Source of the DNA: Schaalia meyeri
GTDB lineage: Bacteria > Actinomycetota > Actinomycetes > Actinomycetales > Actinomycetaceae
Direction: 5' to 3'
DNA length: 32,000 bases
Assembly: GCF_900105015.1 (NCBI RefSeq)
Contig: NZ_FNLK01000010.1
Coordinates: 90,001 to 122,000 of the forward strand
Shown here: one piece after another, positions 26,373 to 32,000 of the stretch
How positions within the stretch are numbered: the first letter of the stretch is position 1
How the letters are laid out: each line of letters opens with the position of its first letter
The notes under the pieces: generated by a model
The model's input: the letters and a program-made list of their open reading frames with translations, nothing else
Databases searched by the model: none
Told to the model about the DNA's origin: nothing
Program-made: the position numbers and the translations under genes

Positions 26373-28584
26373 CAGACGCGTCATCATCGCCCTGAAAGGA
26401 CTGGGGGCGTTGGCCAACCACGGCGTCTACGACAGTGAGCGCACGCAGGCGCAACGCTTTTGCGCCGACGTCATCATGTGGGTCGAGACCGCGGGTACCG
26501 CCGACGACATCGCCGCCACCGTGTCCTACGCCGACATCGCCGACGAAACGATGGCGGTGCTCACCGGCAAACCCGTCGATCTCATCGAGACGCTGGCGGA
26601 GAACATCGCCTCTCGCGTCATGAGCCACGACGGCGTGGTCGGTACCGAGGTCACCGTCCACAAGCCCGAGGCCCCCATTGAGCACCCCTTCGCGGACGTG
26701 TCCGTCACCGTGCGCGCGGGTGAGACCGATGCGCTCCCCCTGTCGCTGACCCTCAAAGGCATCTACGAGGCCGAGGACGGCTCCGTTATCACCGGCGAGA
26801 TCGAGACGTACGGCCGTGCCCAGGCGCCCAGCCCCGCCGAGCAGGAGCAGCGGGAGGATATTCCGTCCCGCCGCGTCGCCCAGGCTGCCCAGGCCCCCCG
26901 CGCGGAACAGCCCTCCATGCCCGCGCACCTGCGTTCACGCCGCGTCGTTCTGGCCATCGGCGGCAACCTCGGGGATGTGCCCGTCACGCTCATGCACACG
27001 GTCGAAGCCCTGTCCTACATGGAAGGCTTTCAGATCGACGACGTATCGCCGATCATGCGCACAAAGCCCGTCCTGGCCCCGGGGCAGGCGCCCCAGCCCG
27101 ACTACTGGAACGCCATTGTCATCGGTTCGGCCATCGCGACGCCCGACGAGCTGTTCACGCAGACCAGCCGCATCGAGCGCGAGCTTGGCCGGGAGCGCCA
27201 CGAACGCTGGGGTGCGCGCAGCGTCGACATCGACATCATTCAGGTCGAGGGCCTGGCCTCCTCCGATCCGGCCCTGTCCCTGCCGCACCCGCGGGCCAGG
27301 GAACGCGCCTTCGTCTTGGCGCCCTGGCTATTGTGCGAACCCGACGCGGTGCTGGAGGGCGTCGGACGCGTTGCCGACCTGCTGGCCCTCACGCCCGACC
27401 GCGAAGGCATCATCGATGCCGTCGACGACTGGCTCGAAGACCCCGCGGCCGTCATGGTTGATTCCGACCGGCTTCTCGCCCAGCGCGCTGAGCAGGCCAG
27501 CGCCGACATGCGCGAGCTCATCGAAACCCTGACCGGCGAAATCAGCCGGGTGAGCGGGCTCGTGACCAAACCGACAGAGAGCGCCGCGCCCGCGGGTGAA
27601 ACCGCGCCCTCTGCCGCCGCACCCGAGGCGAAGGGCCCAGGTGCCGCGCCGGAGGCTGCGCGCGGCGACAAGAGCGAGGCGCCCGCTCCCGAGCCCGAGG
27701 CGCCCACCCCCCGTGCGCGCGAGGAAGGGCACGCGTCGGTCGATCCCGCCACGTGGAACAACATGTGGACCCGTTGGGCCGCCACCGACGTCGGCGAAGA
27801 CATCGCTCACGCCATGGGCATCGAACGGCCGCCGGCCCCCAAGGCCCACGCGAGCGATGAACCCGAGGCGCGGCCGCCGATGAGGCAACCTGAAACCCCC
27901 GCGCAGCGCGCCGCCCGGGCCGCCGAGCAACGCCGTGAGGCGGGAGGATCGCCCCAGGCGAGCGGAGCGCCTCAGGAACCCCCCGTTCCCCCGGCGGCTC
28001 CCTCCCCTCGGCCAGGCGGTGCCCCCCGCGCTGCCTCCGCCCCCCCGGCGGATGGACGCGGAGGGCAGGCGGCCCCCGCTCCCCGGTCAGGCGGCGCCCC
28101 CCAGGGGGCCCCTACCCGGCCCGAGGGCGGCCGCGGAACGCGGACGGCCAAGGCCTCTGCGCGCCCCTCGTGGCACCCCATCTCTTCCGTGTCGGCCGAC
28201 TCACCGGCCGGACGCGTGACCCGCAAGATCGGCACGGGCACCTACACGCCCAGTGGCGACGAGAAACCCCGCTGGATGCCCGTCTTTGAGGCCGAACGCG
28301 AGGAATCGCATTCCGACATCGGGCTGCCTGACTGGAACTTCCCCGTCGGCTCCGCCCACGACGTTCGCGTCGTTGACGACCGCTCTGGGCTGGTCCGCGA
28401 CGACGAGCCGCCCAAGCCGACCGTGCACGCCGACGGGCGTTCCACGATTCTGGCTCCCGGGTTGCCCGACAACACCCCCGTCGGCCCCATTCCCGAGGAA
28501 GAGGCCACCCACACCGGCATCCTGCGTCGCGTCGTCGTGCGGCCCACGATGACGGGAGCGATCCCGGTCGTCAAGAGGCGCTAG
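26365..28584 (+). CDS. folBK: bifunctional dihydroneopterin aldolase / HPPK (FolB-FolK fusion) with a ~380-aa low-complexity C-terminal extension
   Basis: TTG 26365 overlaps the folP stop. The FolB domain covers aa ~1-120 (IIALKGLGALANHGVYDSERTQAQRF...VTVHKP). The FolK domain covers aa ~192-350 (VVLAIGGNLGD, RWGARSVDIDII, LPHPRARERAFVLAPW). The frame then stays open with high GC3 to TAG 28582-28584. Confidence 0.85.
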   Translation: MSSRRVIIALKGLGALANHGVYDSERTQAQRFCADVIMWVETAGTADDIAATVSYADIADETMAVLTGKPVDLIETLAENIASRVMSHDGVVGTEVTVHKPEAPIEHPFADVSVTVRAGETDALPLSLTLKGIYEAEDGSVITGEIETYGRAQAPSPAEQEQREDIPSRRVAQAAQAPRAEQPSMPAHLRSRRVVLAIGGNLGDVPVTLMHTVEALSYMEGFQIDDVSPIMRTKPVLAPGQAPQPDYWNAIVIGSAIATPDELFTQTSRIERELGRERHERWGARSVDIDIIQVEGLASSDPALSLPHPRARERAFVLAPWLLCEPDAVLEGVGRVADLLALTPDREGIIDAVDDWLEDPAAVMVDSDRLLAQRAEQASADMRELIETLTGEISRVSGLVTKPTESAAPAGETAPSAAAPEAKGPGAAPEAARGDKSEAPAPEPEAPTPRAREEGHASVDPATWNNMWTRWAATDVGEDIAHAMGIERPPAPKAHASDEPEARPPMRQPETPAQRAARAAEQRREAGGSPQASGAPQEPPVPPAAPSPRPGGAPRAASAPPADGRGGQAAPAPRSGGAPQGAPTRPEGGRGTRTAKASARPSWHPISSVSADSPAGRVTRKIGTGTYTPSGDEKPRWMPVFEAEREESHSDIGLPDWNFPVGSAHDVRVVDDRSGLVRDDEPPKPTVHADGRSTILAPGLPDNTPVGPIPEEEATHTGILRRVVVRPTMTGAIPVVKRR

Positions 28585-28586
28585 CA

Positions 28587-29060
28587 GTGAAACCGCTGTC
28601 GATCACCTGGGTTGCGCTGGTCGGCTTCGTCTGCACCGCAATGAGCTTCCTGGGCTTCTTCGCCCACATGCGCGCCGGTAACACCCCTATGATCGTCACG
28701 CCCGGCCCGGCCGTGCTGTTTGCCGTGGCCACCGCCTGCTTGATCTGGTCCGGCCTGGCCGTGCGCCGCCTGCGCGCCGACAGGGAAACGTGGATTGACG
28801 CGCTCGGCGCGATGCGTGTCGCAGTGTTCGCCCGCACGAGCGCGCTGGTCGGCAGCGCACTCACCGGCTTCCTCGGCGGCGTCATGGCCGTGTCCCTGAC
28901 ACAGCTGGGCGCCCCGGCGATGGCATCCAACGCAATCGCCTCGGGCCTGAGTGCCCTCGTCGGCCTGGTGTGGGTCATCGTCGCCCTGGTCGTGGAGCGC
29001 TGGTGCATCATCACCGACGATGACGGGCCTTCCTCGAACAAACCCAGCGCGGCCGCCTGA
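28587..29060 (+). CDS. DUF3180-family four-helix membrane protein (conserved partner of folK in actinobacteria)
   Basis: GTG 28587 is 2 nt after the upstream stop. There are four hydrophobic helices and a C-terminal VERWC motif. Its position after folK is as in mycobacteria. Confidence 0.8.
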   Translation: MKPLSITWVALVGFVCTAMSFLGFFAHMRAGNTPMIVTPGPAVLFAVATACLIWSGLAVRRLRADRETWIDALGAMRVAVFARTSALVGSALTGFLGGVMAVSLTQLGAPAMASNAIASGLSALVGLVWVIVALVVERWCIITDDDGPSSNKPSAAA

Positions 29061-29160
29061 CCGGCGCGCGAGAGGAAACGCACGCGGCCCCGGGCGGCGA
29101 AAGTGCGCTCACTCCGAGCGCCCCGCGCGCCGCGCGCGGTAGGGCCGGTATCGTGGATGC

Positions 29161-30033
29161 GTGGCTGACCAGCGTGAGACTTTCCCCAGGCGTCCCTCCC
29201 GGCGTCCCGTGGCGGGCGCCTTCCGGCGCGGCGCCGGCCGCCGGTCCGCTTCATCGGCGGGCTCTTCGGGCGCGTCGGCCGTGAAACGGGGACGCGGAAG
29301 CACAACGCGCGGCGGTGGGTCGTCATCGTCGGGCGGCGGACGGCCACCCGTGAACCTGTGGCCCAGGCGCATCATCACCGGAGGCGGCCTGCTCCTGATC
29401 GTGGCACTCATCGTGTGGGGGATGGCCGCCATCGTCCGCGCCATCGCGGGCTCCGCGACCGCAGAACAGACGACGCACGGCGCGCAGTCCGCCCATTCCG
29501 GCGGGGTTGACGCCTCGGGCTACACACTCACAGGTGGCCAAGAGGCCACCGCCGACGGCCTGCTCACTGACGGCACGACGATCGACATCCCCCCGTGCCC
29601 GGAGCGCGACATCACCGTGAGCGCCGAAGCGGACGATGCCGTGTCCGGAACGCCAACGCCCGTGAAGCTGACGCTGGAGAATCGGGGCAACGTCGCCTGC
29701 TCGACCTCCCTGTCGCAATTCGCCCTGCAGATAACGACGGGCGACCAGCTGGTGTACAACTCCGCGAACTGCGCCGAGGACCAGCAGAGCTCCACGCCCC
29801 TGCTCCTGCGCCCCGGAGGCTCGTGGAGTGGTGCGCTGCGCTGGGATGGCTTGGTGTACGCGAACGGTTGTACGCCGCCCGCGGGGGGTGCCCGCGCCGC
29901 GCTAGCGGGCACCTATAAGGTCGCGATCATCATGGGAGGGCGCGAGGTCGAATCCACCGTATTCGACGTGACGCCCGTCCCCGCCCCACCGCCCCAACAG
30001 AGCGGCCAGACGGGAACGCAATCCGGGCGTTAA
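29161..30033 (+). CDS. single-pass membrane protein: Arg/Gly/Ser-rich cytoplasmic head, one TM helix, Cys-containing beta-rich ectodomain (DUF4232-like by eye)
   Basis: GTG 29161, TM segment GGGLLLIVALIVWGMAAIV, and an ectodomain with four Cys (CPERDITVSAE...NRGNVACSTS...NSANCAED...ANGCTPP). Confidence 0.65.
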   Translation: MADQRETFPRRPSRRPVAGAFRRGAGRRSASSAGSSGASAVKRGRGSTTRGGGSSSSGGGRPPVNLWPRRIITGGGLLLIVALIVWGMAAIVRAIAGSATAEQTTHGAQSAHSGGVDASGYTLTGGQEATADGLLTDGTTIDIPPCPERDITVSAEADDAVSGTPTPVKLTLENRGNVACSTSLSQFALQITTGDQLVYNSANCAEDQQSSTPLLLRPGGSWSGALRWDGLVYANGCTPPAGGARAALAGTYKVAIIMGGREVESTVFDVTPVPAPPPQQSGQTGTQSGR

Positions 30034-30089
30034 GAGCCCGCGTCCTTCCAGCCCGAGCCCCCGCAGTTCCAGCGTTTCAGCCCGCGCGC

Positions 30090-31160
30090 CTACCAGCCGA
30101 CGATGCCCGAACCGACCGCCTGCGCCTGGTGGGCCAGGTTCTCGGTGATGACCTTGGCCCGGTAGGGGCCGATCCCCTCGATGGGCTCCAGGTCGGCGAC
30201 GGTGGCCGCGCGCAGCTCGGACAGGGAGGCAAAGTGAGCGGAGACCTCCTTGATGGCGCTCCATGACAGGTGGGGCACCAGGGACAGGGCGCGCACGCCC
30301 CGGGGGGTGATCTCGCGATCGAGGTCAGCGACCTCGTAGACGTCCAGGCCCAGGATATTCGCGATGGCCGTCAAATCCACGATCCGTTCCGACCCCATCG
30401 AGGACAGTTCGGACTCGACGCGGGCAACGTCGCCGGGCTCGCGGATGTAGTCACGCATGACCAGCGCGCGCTCTGACGCGGAGCCTCGCACCAGGTCCTC
30501 CACCTGCAGGGCGAGCAGGCGCCCCTCGGACCCCAGCTCCTCCAGGCACTCCGTGATCTCGGAGGTGATGCGCCGAATCATTTCCATGCGCTGCATCACG
30601 GTGGCGACGTCGCGCACGGTCGCGCTGTCGCGCATCTCCAGGATCGTCAGGGTCTGCAAAACCTCGTCCAGGCGCTGGCTGTAGCGGTCCAGCGTGTCCA
30701 CGGCCAGGTTGGCGCGCGACAGGAGGGCCTCGGGCTCTTCGACCAGGCGGTGTTCGGTGCCCACGTAGATAGAGATCATGCGCATGGACGCCGACAGGGA
30801 CAAGACGGGCAGGTGAGTCTGCCGGGCGGTGCGCTGGGCGGTGCGGTGGCGCATGCCCGACTCGTCGGTGGGGATCGTGGGATCCGGGAAAAGTTGAACG
30901 TTCGCCTTGCGGATGCGCCACAGGTCGGGGTCGATGATGACGGCCCCGTCCATCTTGCACAGCTCGCGCAGGCGCGCCGCCGTGAACGCGACGTCAAGGT
31001 CGAAGCCGCCCGAGCATATGGACTGCACCTCGGGCGTGTAGCCCAGGACGATGAGGGCACCCGTATGGGAACGCTGGATTCGTTCCAATCCCTCTCGAAG
31101 CGGCGTGCCTGGCGCGACTGCGCGCAGTGCTTCACGAAGGATCGCTGCGTCGGACGTCAA
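30090..31160 (-). CDS. disA: DNA integrity scanning protein DisA (diadenylate cyclase)
   Basis: TTG start at 31160 with GGGAGGG ~8 nt upstream. DAC-domain motifs GALIVLG, DGAVIID and RHRTAQR, plus a C-terminal HhH region (GIGPYRAKVITENL). Confidence 0.95.
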   Translation of the reverse strand: MTSDAAILREALRAVAPGTPLREGLERIQRSHTGALIVLGYTPEVQSICSGGFDLDVAFTAARLRELCKMDGAVIIDPDLWRIRKANVQLFPDPTIPTDESGMRHRTAQRTARQTHLPVLSLSASMRMISIYVGTEHRLVEEPEALLSRANLAVDTLDRYSQRLDEVLQTLTILEMRDSATVRDVATVMQRMEMIRRITSEITECLEELGSEGRLLALQVEDLVRGSASERALVMRDYIREPGDVARVESELSSMGSERIVDLTAIANILGLDVYEVADLDREITPRGVRALSLVPHLSWSAIKEVSAHFASLSELRAATVADLEPIEGIGPYRAKVITENLAHQAQAVGSGIVGW

Positions 31161-31196
31161 TGTGGTTCCCTCCCGAGTGAGTAGGTTCGCTCTCTA

Positions 31197-32000
31197 TTAT
31201 TGCGAGTCCGCGGGGAAAGCGACGCGAATCGCCGCCGCCAAATCAGAGACAGTGAACACGGTGATGCCCGAGGCGCCGGTCAGGTCCTGGCTGCCCTGCG
31301 AGGGGACGATAGCGGCCGAAAAGCCCAGGCGGGCGGCCTCGGCGAGCCTGCGCTGCGTGCCCGTGCAGGCGCGGACCTCGCCCGTCAGCGAGATCTCTCC
31401 GACAGCGACCAGGTTGGCGCGAGGGGGCGTACCCCTCACCGAGGACACGATGGAGATGGCCATCGCCAGGTCGATGGCGGGTTCGACGGTGCGAGCCCCG
31501 CCGACCGTGGAAACATACACGTCTGCCCCCGACGCGTCCGCCCCGATGCGGGCCTGCAGGACGGCCAGGATCATGGCGACGCGCGCGTGATCCACGCCCG
31601 ACGTGGTGCGCCGGGGAGAGCCACCCAAGGAGGGAGCCACCAACGACTGGACCTCGGTGGGCAGCGGGCGGCGCCCCTCAAGCGAGACGGTCGCGCACGT
31701 CCCGGGCACGCTCCTGCCGGTGCGCGACAGGAACAGGCCGGACGGGTCCGCGAGGCCGCAGATCCCCGAGTCCGTCAGCTCAAAACAGCCAACCTCGTCG
31801 GTGGGTCCGTAGCGGTTCTTGACCGCCCGCAACAGGCGCAGGCGCGAATGTCGATCCCCCTCGAACTGACAGACGACATCCACCAGGTGTTCCAGGACGC
31901 GCGGGCCCGCGATCCCCCCGTCCTTGGTGACGTGCCCGACCAGCAGGGCGGGCAGGTCGGATTCCTTGGCGACCCGGATCAGTGAGGCCGCGACCGCCCG
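31197..32000 (-). CDS. radA: DNA repair protein RadA, 5'-truncated by the window edge (C-terminal half only)
   Basis: The frame is open to nt 32000. KNRYGPTDEVGCFEL motif and a Lon-protease-like C-terminal domain (GEISLTGEVR...RLAEAARLGF). Stop TAA at 31197-31199, 36 nt upstream of the disA start. Confidence 0.93.
   Translation of the reverse strand, partial: RAVAASLIRVAKESDLPALLVGHVTKDGGIAGPRVLEHLVDVVCQFEGDRHSRLRLLRAVKNRYGPTDEVGCFELTDSGICGLADPSGLFLSRTGRSVPGTCATVSLEGRRPLPTEVQSLVAPSLGGSPRRTTSGVDHARVAMILAVLQARIGADASGADVYVSTVGGARTVEPAIDLAMAISIVSSVRGTPPRANLVAVGEISLTGEVRACTGTQRRLAEAARLGFSAAIVPSQGSQDLTGASGITVFTVSDLAAAIRVAFPADSQ

Overview
High-GC actinobacterial chromosome segment. An Actinomyces/Actinomycetaceae-like host is only a guess from gene content and synteny. 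There are three parts. (1) nt 1-2330: the 3' two-thirds of ppdK plus a strong intrinsic terminator. (2) nt ~2.3-15.1 kb: an accessory-looking block. Its core is a 9-gene iron-acquisition operon: an FTR1 permease with a duplicated N-terminal ectodomain, a P19 lipoprotein, a DUF2318 Cys-rich membrane protein, two FtsX/MacB-type permeases, an ABC ATPase, an FMN-binding lipoprotein and an ApbE flavin transferase. A small convergent membrane-protein gene follows. The whole unit is bracketed by two direct copies of a ~230-bp, strongly strand-asymmetric (G/T-rich) repeat at ~98% identity (offset 9770 bp). Next come ~730 bp of lower-GC, apparently non-coding DNA and a 615-aa orphan protein with a nuclease-fold-like N-terminus, a long acidic repeat-containing linker and a RAMA-like C-terminus. 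(3) nt 15.2-32 kb: a conserved actinobacterial core block in the order known from mycobacteria and corynebacteria: alpha/beta hydrolase, RipA-like NlpC/P60 hydrolase, ppa, dacB-like PBP4, a zincin-like hypothetical, tilS, hpt, ftsH, folE, folP, a folB-folK fusion with a long tail, DUF3180, a membrane protein, disA and radA (truncated at the window end). I saw no rRNA, tRNA, CRISPR array, transposase or integrase. The best candidate for something new is the repeat-bracketed iron module, in which a covalently flavinylated lipoprotein and its ApbE replace the thioredoxin, cupredoxin or ferredoxin partners of characterised P19/FTR1 systems. The repeat element itself is the second candidate: it has nested hairpins, and its substitutions fall in loops or at wobble and third-codon positions. 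All family calls come from motif recognition by eye. No database search was run.
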